From Patescibacteria group bacterium (GTDB lineage: Bacteria; Patescibacteriota; JACPGU01), in NCBI GenBank assembly GCA_022703645.1, contig JAKLDG010000001.1, positions 443,277 to 507,276 of the forward strand: a stretch of 64,000 nt of DNA, read 5' to 3'. This document shows, one piece after another, positions 10,047 through 19,330 of the stretch (positions within the stretch are counted from its first letter, which is position 1; each line of letters begins with the position of its first letter). A program made the translations under genes and the position numbers. Under the pieces are notes generated by a model, which made no database searches, was not told where the DNA came from, and worked only from the letters and a program-made list of their open reading frames with translations.

Positions 10047-10937
10047 CTAAATTTTCGTGCCCTTGTGCCAGAGAACCATTATAACTGAAGCAACGAATAT
10101 TGATGAATAGGTACCAACTATAATACCGATAAATAGTGCAAATATGAACCAAAAAGTTGAAGCTCCGCCGAAGAGTAATAACGCTAAAAGGGTAAAAAGA
10201 ACTGTTGCTGAAGTACTGATCGATCGGCTCATCGTCTCTGTAATACTTTTATTTGTGATATAAACCAAATCTCCCGAAGTAGTTTTCAGATTTTCCCTGA
10301 TTCTATCAAATACCACAATCGTATCATGCACTGAGAAACCCATAATCGTCAGAAGCGCGGTAATAAAAAGCGTATCAACCTCAACATTCATAAAATGCCC
10401 TAGGATTGCAAATATGCCAATTATGGTAATCAGATCATGAACAAGCGCAATAACGGCTGAGATACCAAATTTCCAAGAGCTAAGAGGCTTTGGTACGGAT
10501 CGGAAAGCCCAAGCGATATAAATAATAATCATTATAGAGGCCAAAACTAATGCCCAGACAGCTTTTGTTGCAAGATCCTTACTAACAGTTGGCCCTACAG
10601 TCTCATATTTTACCTCTTTTGTGGTTCCTATTTTTTCTGTCAAAGCTTTATTCAGATCAAGATATTGCGCATGATCAATAACGTGAGTTCGGGAAAGAAA
10701 AGAATTTTTACTCGTTAATGAAATCTGCGCGTTTTTTATTTCCTTATCTGCAAACACTTTGCTAATTTCATCAACAGTTACGCTTTGTTTGCTTGGAAAT
10801 TGGATTTCAATAAGAGTACCACCAGAAAAATCAATACCAAGATTCAAACCATAAACAGACAATGCTATAACCCCAGGAATAATTACTATAAGCGAAAGCG
10901 CAATCCATATTTTCCATTTTTCAATAATTTTTATCAT
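10047..10937 (-). CDS. secF: protein translocase subunit SecF
   Basis: 296 aa. N-terminal 'LNLGIDFSGGTLIEIQF' SecF signature, six TM helices, immediately downstream of secD. Confidence 0.9.
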   Translation of the reverse strand: MIKIIEKWKIWIALSLIVIIPGVIALSVYGLNLGIDFSGGTLIEIQFPSKQSVTVDEISKVFADKEIKNAQISLTSKNSFLSRTHVIDHAQYLDLNKALTEKIGTTKEVKYETVGPTVSKDLATKAVWALVLASIMIIIYIAWAFRSVPKPLSSWKFGISAVIALVHDLITIIGIFAILGHFMNVEVDTLFITALLTIMGFSVHDTIVVFDRIRENLKTTSGDLVYITNKSITETMSRSISTSATVLFTLLALLLFGGASTFWFIFALFIGIIVGTYSSIFVASVIMVLWHKGTKI

Positions 10938-10958
10938 ATTTATTTGCTTAATTATTAA

Positions 10959-12236
10959 TTAGTAATCTTTTTTATTTACTTTATTATTCAAGAATAAATA
11001 AAGCAGATTTCTGGTAACTGTTATCGCTGTAAACAAACTAACCAATATACCAAGTGCAAGAGTAACAGCAAAACCTTTTACAACTCCCGTACCGAATATG
11101 AATAATATTGTACAGGTTATAAGAGATGAGACGTTTGAATCACGGATAGATGTCCAAGCTCTTGCAAAACCCGTTTTAATAGACGAAGAATAATTTCTAC
11201 CCCTTCGAAGTTCTTCTTTCATTCTTTCAAATATTAGGATATTCGCGTCCACAGCCATACCTATCGAGAGGATAAATCCGGCAATGCCAGCTAAAGTTAA
11301 GGTAATTGCAAATACTTTAAATAGAGCAAGAGTAATTAATGAATAAATAATCAGAGCCATACAAGCAATAAACCCTGGGAAACGATAGCGGATAACCATG
11401 AATAACATTACGAATAGAATACCAAGAAGTCCTGCAATAAAACTTTTATGAATAGAATCTTTACCAAGAGTAGCGCCAACATTTCTCTGCGCAATTAATT
11501 TTGCTGGAACCGGTAGCATACCCTCGTTTAACCTTTTTGCAAGATTCTGCGCTTCAGCTATATCATTATTACCAGTAATCACTGCTTCACCGTTTTCAAT
11601 CGCGGATTGAACTGTTGGAGCGGATACAATCTTATTATCTAGAACAATTGCTACCCTTTTTTGTAAATTATCAGTAGTTAATTTTTTGAAAAGTTCTTTT
11701 CCGGCATCGTCAAATTTTATTGCAACTACAACTGATAAATCAGATTGAGATTGAACTGACGCGCTAACGAGATTTTTACCTGATAATTCAGATGGTTTCC
11801 AGTATCCGGGATATGTAACATTAGCGTTTGTATAATCCTTATAGATCTGACCATCCTCTTTTGTGCCTTCGGTCATAAATTTCAGGTCATAGGTCTGTCC
11901 TATTCTTTCAATCGCTTGATTTATATCACTGATACCTGGTAATCCGATAATTATTCTGTTTGAACCAGCAGTTTGAATCGATGGTTCTGAAACACCAAAC
12001 TCATTTATACGCGCCTCAAATACCCCAGAAAGATTTTCAATATCCGCGCTCGCATTTTTTGATTTGGAAACATCCGCTTCATAAGTAAGCTCCGTTCCGC
12101 CAACCAGATCAAGCCCTTGATGAACTTTCAGGTTCTTGATGTACTTTATATTCGGTTCCTTGGGATAGCTTAGCAATCCCGCAACTACTGTAATAATCAA
12201 AATCAAAACAATATTAATCCAGATTTTCTTTCGCAT
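10959..12236 (-). CDS. secD: protein translocase subunit SecD
   Basis: 425 aa. 'GLDLVGGTELTYEAD' periplasmic-domain signature; C-terminal RND-like TM bundle. Confidence 0.9.
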   Translation of the reverse strand: MRKKIWINIVLILIITVVAGLLSYPKEPNIKYIKNLKVHQGLDLVGGTELTYEADVSKSKNASADIENLSGVFEARINEFGVSEPSIQTAGSNRIIIGLPGISDINQAIERIGQTYDLKFMTEGTKEDGQIYKDYTNANVTYPGYWKPSELSGKNLVSASVQSQSDLSVVVAIKFDDAGKELFKKLTTDNLQKRVAIVLDNKIVSAPTVQSAIENGEAVITGNNDIAEAQNLAKRLNEGMLPVPAKLIAQRNVGATLGKDSIHKSFIAGLLGILFVMLFMVIRYRFPGFIACMALIIYSLITLALFKVFAITLTLAGIAGFILSIGMAVDANILIFERMKEELRRGRNYSSSIKTGFARAWTSIRDSNVSSLITCTILFIFGTGVVKGFAVTLALGILVSLFTAITVTRNLLYLFLNNKVNKKDY

Positions 12237-12424
12237 AGTAAAGAAGTTACTTTTAGTTATATATGCATTGTAATGAAGTTCTTCACATTTTGCAAGAAGA
12301 AAAACGGGAAATTGTTAGCTTGTTATCTTGCTAACTTGCTAAGAGATTATAAACAAGATAACAATCTGCATATTTTAACAATCCATTGTATCGCCAATTA
12401 TAGCTTGTTTTAATTAAAAACTAT

Positions 12425-12453
12425 TGACACGTGAGCTATTTTATGATATATTT
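12425..12453 (+). promoter_or_regulatory. near-consensus sigma-70 promoter for the plus-strand secreted-protein gene
   Basis: TTGACA, 17-nt spacer, TATATT; perfect AGGAGG Shine-Dalgarno at 12584-12589, 8 nt before the ATG at 12598. Inverted repeat GTTATCTTG...CAAGATAAC (12328-12362) lies upstream as a possible operator. Confidence 0.55.
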
Positions 12454-12597
12454 ATTATATAATTTTTTAATCCGTATTGTAACTTAATATCTAATTTTTG
12501 GCTATTAAACCCTATTTTTGGGTTTTAATATAAACAAAAGCTATAACTTCCCTCGTCCGCTGGACAGGGATGAAAAAATTTTACAGGAGGTTCAGTA

Positions 12598-13368
12598 ATG
12601 AAAAAACTGACCATTATAGCAATCGTGGCAATCGTGTTAAGCACCATCGCCATCACGGGAACAACATCCGTCCGCGCCGACGACATTTCACAGGCTGTAT
12701 TTACAGCTTACAATGCCGATCCGAGCGGCGGCGCGTTCAAGGCAACAGGATATGCTTGCCTCAGCGCTGTAGATCCTATTCAGGGCGCTGAATCCGAATC
12801 CGATTACGGCATTACATATGCCCTGAGAGTGTGTTCCGGAGATTCACCCGCCCAGTATAATAAACGCGCCTGCAAGTCGCTAAAGTCGGGAGTAAACCGC
12901 ACAGCGGTTTATATGCGCGGAAAAGACGCTAAACTCGTCATTATGGATTGCCATTCAGCAATGAATGGCAGTCATATCTTCTTCCAAGAAAAAGAAAGTA
13001 TGGGGGAAGCAACCTTTGGCGACATGGACGAGTTCATGGGCGGACAGAAAACGGTCAACGGGAAAATTGTCGCGAACCAAAAGCAAATTCTCGACAACAT
13101 GGAAGCCGACACTTATAACAAAGGTGAAGCGAACAAAGTTCGCGTCGCAGCCGTGAAAAAGTCCTACAAGAAGATGGGAGTGACGAGAATTATCAACCTC
13201 GGCACATCCTTCATCAAGGACGAAGACACGCGCCGGGCAGTTGAGGCCGGAGCCGATTTCCTCGGCTACGACTACAACGCAATAACCGCTAATAACAGTA
13301 TCAAATCGCTGGAAGGAGATATTATCTCCGACGGCGGATTGCCCGAAGAAGAAACCGAGGAGCAATAA
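12598..13368 (+). CDS. secreted hypothetical protein (GC-rich ORFan)
   Basis: 256 aa. Signal peptide MKKLTIIAIVAIVLSTIAITGTTSVRADD. Four Cys, acidic C-terminus. Local GC is far above the window average. Plus strand in a minus-strand region. Confidence 0.7.
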   Translation: MKKLTIIAIVAIVLSTIAITGTTSVRADDISQAVFTAYNADPSGGAFKATGYACLSAVDPIQGAESESDYGITYALRVCSGDSPAQYNKRACKSLKSGVNRTAVYMRGKDAKLVIMDCHSAMNGSHIFFQEKESMGEATFGDMDEFMGGQKTVNGKIVANQKQILDNMEADTYNKGEANKVRVAAVKKSYKKMGVTRIINLGTSFIKDEDTRRAVEAGADFLGYDYNAITANNSIKSLEGDIISDGGLPEEETEEQ

Positions 13369-13399
13369 CCTCGGCAACAACATCAACTTTTAAATTTAA

Positions 13400-13428
13400 A
13401 AGCGACCCCGCAAGGGCCGCTTTTTTAT
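13400..13428 (+). terminator. rho-independent terminator
   Basis: GCGACCC-CGCAA-GGGCCGC hairpin (one mismatch) followed by TTTTTT. Confidence 0.65.
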
Positions 13429-14168
13429 TTCAAAATTTTCTTTAAATCCTCCGGCAAATCCGAATTGAAAAATAATTTCTTTCCAGTAACAGGATGTTTG
13501 AACGTTAACTCCGTTGCATGCAAGAATTGCCGGCTTAGTCCAATATTTTTTGAAAATACCTCCGAATCTCTATTTTTATATACCTGATCCCCAACTACCG
13601 GATGTCCAATCGCAAACATATGCGCGCGAATTTGATGAGTGCGTCCGGTCTCAATTTGAACTTTCAATAACGATATTGGATATTGGATATCGGATATCGG
13701 ATATTTTTTGTAATCGGATACTTCGTAGTGAGTTATTGCTAATTTTGCATCCTTTGATTTAGAAGCCACAAATCTTGTTCTATTTTTCAGATCCCGCTTT
13801 AATGCAATATTTATAGTCCCCTTCTTTGGTTCCAGCTTTCCAAATACTAATGCTGAGTAAATTTTCAAAACTCTATGAGAAGCAAATTGGTTTTGTAGAT
13901 TTATGAGAGCCTCTTTTGTCTTTGCGATGACCATTAAACCCGATGTATCGCGGTCAAGCCGATGGACTATACCGGATCTGGGCAGATCGATTCCAAAGTC
14001 TTTTTTCAATATAGTTTCAAGCGTTTGGTCATCTTTTTTTTGTGATTCAACAATAAGACCGGCTGGCTTGTTAATAACAAGTAAGCATGGATCTTGATAA
14101 ACAATGTTTAAATTTTCTTTAGCCATTAGTTGCAAAAAAATACTCAATGCCCAATTTCCAATACCCAA
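13425..14168 (-). CDS. RluA-family 23S rRNA pseudouridine synthase
   Basis: 247 aa. 'HRLDRDTSGLMVIAK' catalytic-Asp motif, 'VYQDPCLLVINKPAG', 'THQIRAHM'. Contains an in-frame heptamer repeat at 13667-13705. Confidence 0.85.
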   Translation of the reverse strand: MGIGNWALSIFLQLMAKENLNIVYQDPCLLVINKPAGLIVESQKKDDQTLETILKKDFGIDLPRSGIVHRLDRDTSGLMVIAKTKEALINLQNQFASHRVLKIYSALVFGKLEPKKGTINIALKRDLKNRTRFVASKSKDAKLAITHYEVSDYKKYPISDIQYPISLLKVQIETGRTHQIRAHMFAIGHPVVGDQVYKNRDSEVFSKNIGLSRQFLHATELTFKHPVTGKKLFFNSDLPEDLKKILK

Positions 14169-14230
14169 TTAGATATTAAATCATTGGATATTGATTGAAT
14201 ATTGAGTATTGGTTATTGGATATTATTAAC

Positions 14231-14908
14231 TTATTTATTCTTTCCGTTCTTTTTCTTCTTCTTGAAATTTTTATCTATAATTTTGAAAGCTTCTTCAGCT
14301 GTATTTACAAGCTCAAATAGTTTCAAATCTGCTTTGTCGATCGTTGCATAATCATCTAACATTTTTTCTTTTAGTACATCAATAAATGGTTTCCAAAAAT
14401 CTTTTCCTATCAATATCAGAGGTATACTTTCAATTTTTTTTGTCTGAACTAAAGTTACAATCTCAAAAAATTCATCAAAAGTACCATATCCGCCCGGAAA
14501 ATATACGAAAGCATTTGCTGAAAAACTCATACAAACTTTTCGCGTGAAAAAGTAATGAAAAGCCATTGATCTCTCGACATATGGATTTACCCTTTGTTCT
14601 TTTGGAAGTTGAATGTTTAATCCGATACTGTCCCCTGGAGTTCCACCAAATGCCCCGCGATTAGCCGCTTCCATAATACCAGGACCTCCACCAGTTACCA
14701 CATGGTAGCCTTTTTTTGTTAACATTAGGGCTAATTTTTGTGTCTCTTTGTACCAGTGATTGGTTTCATGAATTCTTGCCGAACCGAAAATAGTAACCGA
14801 ATTTTTTAGTTTTGAAATAAATTCGAAACCATTTGTAAATTCACCCATAATGCGGAACATTCTCCATGCCGCATTTTCTGCATAATCAAATTCTTGTGGT
14901 GCTTTCAT
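14231..14908 (-). CDS. LOG-family (TIGR00730) Rossmann-fold nucleotide phosphoribohydrolase
   Basis: 225 aa. 'VTGGGPGIMEAANRGA', 'PGGYGTFDEFFEI' and 'HYFFTRK' are LOG/YvdD hallmarks. Confidence 0.8.
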   Translation of the reverse strand: MKAPQEFDYAENAAWRMFRIMGEFTNGFEFISKLKNSVTIFGSARIHETNHWYKETQKLALMLTKKGYHVVTGGGPGIMEAANRGAFGGTPGDSIGLNIQLPKEQRVNPYVERSMAFHYFFTRKVCMSFSANAFVYFPGGYGTFDEFFEIVTLVQTKKIESIPLILIGKDFWKPFIDVLKEKMLDDYATIDKADLKLFELVNTAEEAFKIIDKNFKKKKKNGKNK

Positions 14909-14949
14909 TTTTATTTTTTATTTTTATTATTTAATTTACTTTTTTAATA

Positions 14950-15846
14950 TTATACTTCAAATAATCCCGTACTCAAATATTTTTCTCCCCTATCCGGGAA
15001 AATAGTTATAATATTCCCGCTTTTAATTTTATCAGCTATTTTTTTCGCAGCTAACATAGCCGCGCCCGAACTCATTCCTACAAAAATTCCTTCCTTTCGA
15101 ACGATATCTCGCGCCATTTCATAAGCCTCTTCGGTATCAATCATTATAATATCATCAAGTTTTGATTTATCGTAAATTGATGGCACAATCGCCTCTTCCA
15201 TGTTTTTCAAACCTTGGATATAATGCCCTACTACCGGTTCTGCGCTCACTACTTTTATTTTCGGATTATATTTCTTTAAGCTTTCTGAAACTCCCATCAA
15301 AGTCCCAGACGTCCCGATGGCCGCAATAAAATAATCAACGTTTCCGCCCGTTTGTTCCCAAATTTCGCGCGCTGTTGTTTCATAATGCGCGACCGCATTG
15401 TATTCGTTGGAAAACTGATCGGTATGATAATACTTGCCCGGATTTTGTTTAACTAATTCTTGAACTTTTTTTATTGCCCCATCTGTACCAAACCTTCCGT
15501 CTGTTAAAGTGATTTTTGCGCCATAAGCTTTAATCGTATTTTGTCTTTCAATCGACACAGCAGAGCTCATGACAATTTCAACTTTGTAACCTTTTACTGC
15601 GCCAATCATAGCCAGTGCGATTCCCGTATTGCCGCTGGTTGCTTCGATAATGGTTTTTTCTTTAGTGAGTAAACCCGCTTCTTCAGCTTTTTCAATCATT
15701 TTCAAAGCAATTCTGTCTTTAATGCTTCCACCCGGATTTACTCCTTCTATTTTCGCGTAAATATTAACACCAGGCTTGTTGATAAGCTTGTTAATTTTCA
15801 CTAACGGAGTATTGCCAATTGTTTCGAGAATATTATTATATAACAT
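14950..15846 (-). CDS. cysK: cysteine synthase (O-acetylserine sulfhydrylase), PLP-dependent
   Basis: 298 aa. 'IGNTPLVKINKL', 'EATSGNTGIALAMIGAVKGYK' (PLP-Lys region), 'GTSGT' loop. Confidence 0.85.
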   Translation of the reverse strand: MLYNNILETIGNTPLVKINKLINKPGVNIYAKIEGVNPGGSIKDRIALKMIEKAEEAGLLTKEKTIIEATSGNTGIALAMIGAVKGYKVEIVMSSAVSIERQNTIKAYGAKITLTDGRFGTDGAIKKVQELVKQNPGKYYHTDQFSNEYNAVAHYETTAREIWEQTGGNVDYFIAAIGTSGTLMGVSESLKKYNPKIKVVSAEPVVGHYIQGLKNMEEAIVPSIYDKSKLDDIIMIDTEEAYEMARDIVRKEGIFVGMSSGAAMLAAKKIADKIKSGNIITIFPDRGEKYLSTGLFEV

Positions 15847-15847
15847 A

Positions 15848-15918
15848 AATTTTCAATTTTACAATTTTCAATTTAATACATCGCGAAGCGATACTTACAA
15901 TGGAAATTGGAAATTTTT
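15848..15918. repeat. intergenic inverted-repeat element: (AATTTTC)n arm, ATCGCGAAGCGAT mini-hairpin, (GAAATTG)n arm
   Basis: AAATTTTCAATTTTACAATTTTCAATTT ... ATCGC-GAA-GCGAT (15880-15892) ... GGAAATTGGAAATTTTTT. Same architecture recurs at 22481-22592 and 29161-29272. Confidence 0.7.
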
Positions 15919-15948
15919 TGCAATAAATATTTTATAAGTCAAAAAACG

Positions 15949-16551
15949 TTAGTAGGCTTTACGTCCTTCCAAAGACTTGTTCAAAGTTACTTCATCTGCA
16001 TATTCTATATCTCCGCCAAAAGGAATCCCACGCGCAATTCTAGTGATGTTAATTCCAAGCGGATATATGAGGCGGTGAATATACATAGCAGTCGCTTCCC
16101 CTTCGGTCGTTGGGTTTGTTGCAAGAATTATTTCTTTAATTTCAGAATCTTTTCCAATACGCTCAAGTAATTCTTTAATTTTCAAGTCATCCGGACCGAT
16201 ACCGTCAACTGGTGAAATCGATCCTTGTAATACATGGTAAAGTCCTTTGAAATAACCAGATTTTTCAAAAGCTAATATATCGAGCGGTTCTTCAACAACG
16301 CAAATAATAGATCTATCGCGACTGGCGTCAGAACAAATAGCGCATCTCCCCGAGTCAGAAATATTCTGACACTCTGCGCAAATATTTATATTTTTCTTGA
16401 GACCCATTATTGCCTGGCCAATGTCCTCGCTGTATTTTTTATCTCTTCGCAAAAGATAGAAAGCAAGCCTTTGGGCTGTTTTTGGCCCAATTCCAGGAAG
16501 GGAACCAAATGCGTCTATGGCTTTTTGTATCGATTCAGGTAGTGTTTTCAT
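15949..16551 (-). CDS. recR: recombination protein RecR
   Basis: 200 aa. 'LPGIGPKTAQRLAFYLL' HhH motif, C4 zinc finger (CAECQNISDSGRCAICSD), Toprim domain. Confidence 0.9.
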   Translation of the reverse strand: MKTLPESIQKAIDAFGSLPGIGPKTAQRLAFYLLRRDKKYSEDIGQAIMGLKKNINICAECQNISDSGRCAICSDASRDRSIICVVEEPLDILAFEKSGYFKGLYHVLQGSISPVDGIGPDDLKIKELLERIGKDSEIKEIILATNPTTEGEATAMYIHRLIYPLGINITRIARGIPFGGDIEYADEVTLNKSLEGRKAY

Positions 16552-16612
16552 GGCTTCTATTATATATGAATAATAATATTTAGTAAATAAAAAAGGGAAG
16601 GTTTTGATATCA

Positions 16613-17359
16613 TCAATCCCTTCCCTTTGTTTTTCTTAAATGGCTGAATTTAATAATTTGGGCGTTATCATCCTCATTGCCCCGCGATCCTTTTTTTGGA
16701 TGTATATCAAGATCCTCTCCCGGTAATTTCTTAATTTTGTGAAATTTTTCCGCAATCCTCTTTACTGCTTTATCAATGTCTGCTCCCTTTTCACTATCTC
16801 GCCTATCAAGATAGCTGATAACATCTTCGATGTCATTCGCGCATTCTTGTTTGACGTCTTTCATGAGAGAGTCTGCGTTGAAAGTTTTATATGCTACATC
16901 AAAATGATGCATAAGCTGGTCAGCAAGCGCGGCATAGGCGAAAACTTTTGAAGTTCCTCCTTTATGTATGAGCTTGTTTAGCATCTTTCTTCGCGCAGTG
17001 CTTCTTGTGATCACAAGAAACGCAGAGGACATATTAGCATAGATCCGTAAAAAATCCGCGAACTTTGCTAACTTAATCTTGCTTTCATCCAGATCATCGA
17101 GAGCAGTAATATCAATAATGAAGATAAAGCTTTTGACCGATGCCATTTTTTTCTGCAATTCGGCAAGAGCTAAACCCGAGACTGACAAATCTATCTCGGA
17201 ACTACACCCCAGTTCACAAACAAATTTAGCAATCGAAAATCGTTTGCAGTAATCATAGACTGCTTGCGGTGGCGGGTATGCTACTTTCCAGTATTCTTTC
17301 GTATTCATATGTCTATTCTCCTTATTTTCAATTTTTAAACAACGTCTTTGCACCATCAT
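16613..17359 (-). CDS. hypothetical protein
   Basis: 248-aa ORF; probable true start at the internal MNTKEYW. No recognisable motif. Confidence 0.5.
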   Translation of the reverse strand: MMVQRRCLKIENKENRHMNTKEYWKVAYPPPQAVYDYCKRFSIAKFVCELGCSSEIDLSVSGLALAELQKKMASVKSFIFIIDITALDDLDESKIKLAKFADFLRIYANMSSAFLVITRSTARRKMLNKLIHKGGTSKVFAYAALADQLMHHFDVAYKTFNADSLMKDVKQECANDIEDVISYLDRRDSEKGADIDKAVKRIAEKFHKIKKLPGEDLDIHPKKGSRGNEDDNAQIIKFSHLRKTKGRD

Positions 17360-17424
17360 AAAAGATGCTAGTTTCTATTATTTTAGAACTAATTTATAAA
17401 TATGTCAATACTTATTACTATATT

Positions 17425-18735
17425 TTACCTAATAGAACCAAAAACACCTTTCCCCTTAAATATCGCTCTATCACCCAATTCCTCTTCTATTCTTAAAATC
17501 TGGTTGTATTTTGATACCCTCTCGCTACGTGATAATGACCCCGTTTTTATTTGTCCAGTGCCAGCGCCAACAACAAAGTCTGCTATAAAGGAATCTTCTG
17601 TTTCACCGCTCCTATGTGAAACAATGGCCGTATACTTATTTTCTAAAGCTAAATTTATAGTCTCACAGGTTTCGGAAACACTGCCAATCTGATTTAATTT
17701 AATTAATATTGAATTTGCCACACATTTCTGAATTCCAGTTCGCAGTCTTTCCGTGTTTGTCACAAAAAGATCATCTCCAACCAATTGTACTCTATGCTTA
17801 AGATTTTCCGTCAATTTTACCCAACCTTCCCAATCATCTTCGGACAAACCGTCTTCAAGCGAAATAATTGGATATTTACCTATCCAATCCTCATAAAGCG
17901 CAATCATTTCATTACTGTTTCGGATAGAACCATCTTTAAATATATATTTGCCATTTTCAAAGAAAGACGAAGCAGCTGGATCGAGCGCAATAAAAATCTG
18001 CTCACCAGGCAGATACCCTGCATTTTTTATTGCTTGGACCAAAAACTTTAATCCTTCTTCATTATTTTTTAGATTAGGCGCAAATCCCCCTTCATCTCCA
18101 ACACCAGTAGATAAACCTTCTTTTTTTAATATATCTTTCAAGGCGTAAAAAGTTTCTGAACCAGCTCTTAGAGCCTCACGGAACGAATTAAATCCTGCCG
18201 GAACAATCATCATTTCTTGTATATCAACACTGCTGTCAGCATGTTTTCCGCCATTTAGAACATTCATCATAGGGACCGGCATAGTATATACATCTCGATA
18301 CACATCGCGCACATCAAGGTTAAACACAGTTCGAATGAATTGATAAAGTGGGATTTTTTTTGAACTTGCTTTTGCTTTTGCCAAAGCCATACTCGTGCCA
18401 AGTATCGCATTAGCACCAAGTTTGCTTTTATTAATAGTACCATCAAGAGCTATCATCATCCGATCCATTGCGCGAAGTTTTCCTACATCTTGCCCGACTA
18501 GTAAGTCGCGGATCGAATCATTAACATTTTTTACAGCAGTTAAAACCCCCTTACCACCATATCTATTTGGATCGCCATCGCGCAATTCTAATGCTTCGTG
18601 TATTCCGGTTGATGCGCCTGATGGAACGCTAGCTCTACCAAATCCACCGTCGTCAAATGTAACATCAACCTCAACAGTTGGGTTTCCACGTGAATCTAAT
18701 ATTTCTCTCGCACGAATGTCTTTAATTGTTGGCAT
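17425..18735 (-). CDS. eno: enolase (phosphopyruvate hydratase)
   Basis: 436 aa. '[22 protein letters not shown]', '[15 protein letters not shown]', '[14 protein letters not shown]', '[18 protein letters not shown]'. Confidence 0.93.
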   Translation of the reverse strand: MPTIKDIRAREILDSRGNPTVEVDVTFDDGGFGRASVPSGASTGIHEALELRDGDPNRYGGKGVLTAVKNVNDSIRDLLVGQDVGKLRAMDRMMIALDGTINKSKLGANAILGTSMALAKAKASSKKIPLYQFIRTVFNLDVRDVYRDVYTMPVPMMNVLNGGKHADSSVDIQEMMIVPAGFNSFREALRAGSETFYALKDILKKEGLSTGVGDEGGFAPNLKNNEEGLKFLVQAIKNAGYLPGEQIFIALDPAASSFFENGKYIFKDGSIRNSNEMIALYEDWIGKYPIISLEDGLSEDDWEGWVKLTENLKHRVQLVGDDLFVTNTERLRTGIQKCVANSILIKLNQIGSVSETCETINLALENKYTAIVSHRSGETEDSFIADFVVGAGTGQIKTGSLSRSERVSKYNQILRIEEELGDRAIFKGKGVFGSIR

Positions 18736-18775
18736 AGTTTTTGTTTTATTGTTTTTTGCTTTTTTGTTTTATTAA

Positions 18776-19288
18776 TTATCTATGTTCATCTACCTTCTTC
18801 ATTAATTCGTCTTTCAACGTTTTTGCATCATTAATCGCGACCGCAACCAAGACTGCAGCAGCTTCCTCTTCCTCCCCTTCCCCCGCAGTCTTTATATCCA
18901 TTCGTCCTAATCCTAATAATCTTAGAAATATATCTTGGATAACTTCAACATCCTGAATATTATCATAGGGAATAGAAATAAATTCTTTTGAAATAACTCC
19001 AAACTCTTGCTTAAAACTGTCAGCCGTCATTTCATAACTATAGCTGTTGTAAAACAACAATGCCCATGTATATAAAGCGCCAATGTATAAAAAGAAAACT
19101 ATTAAAGATACTGTTAGAGGCATCGCATATGAACTACTAATCAGATCTGCGCTAACCCCAGAAGCTGTACTGAAATTTGCTGTGATAATGAAAAATATTA
19201 CTGCGCAAAAAACTATAGCAAAAACACCCGTCTTAAAAAGATATTGTAAAAAAAATAATCCAATTGCTTTATGATCAAGCTTTTTCAT
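18776..19288 (-). CDS. membrane protein with bacterial PH domain (bPH_2/DUF304, YdbS-like)
   Basis: 170 aa. Two N-terminal TM helices, then 'YEMTADSFKQEFGVISKEFISIPYDNIQDVEVIQDIFLRLLGLGRMDIKTAG'. Confidence 0.6.
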   Translation of the reverse strand: MKKLDHKAIGLFFLQYLFKTGVFAIVFCAVIFFIITANFSTASGVSADLISSSYAMPLTVSLIVFFLYIGALYTWALLFYNSYSYEMTADSFKQEFGVISKEFISIPYDNIQDVEVIQDIFLRLLGLGRMDIKTAGEGEEEEAAAVLVAVAINDAKTLKDELMKKVDEHR

Positions 19289-19330
19289 TTTTATTTTCTT
19301 AATTGATTTATTGCTTTTTTGTTTTCCTGA

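Noticed and set aside
12570-12791. Alternative 73-aa ORF overlapping the start of the secreted-protein gene
   Set aside because: Arg/His-rich out-of-frame translation. The ATG at 12598 has a perfect AGGAGG SD at the right spacing and gives a signal peptide.
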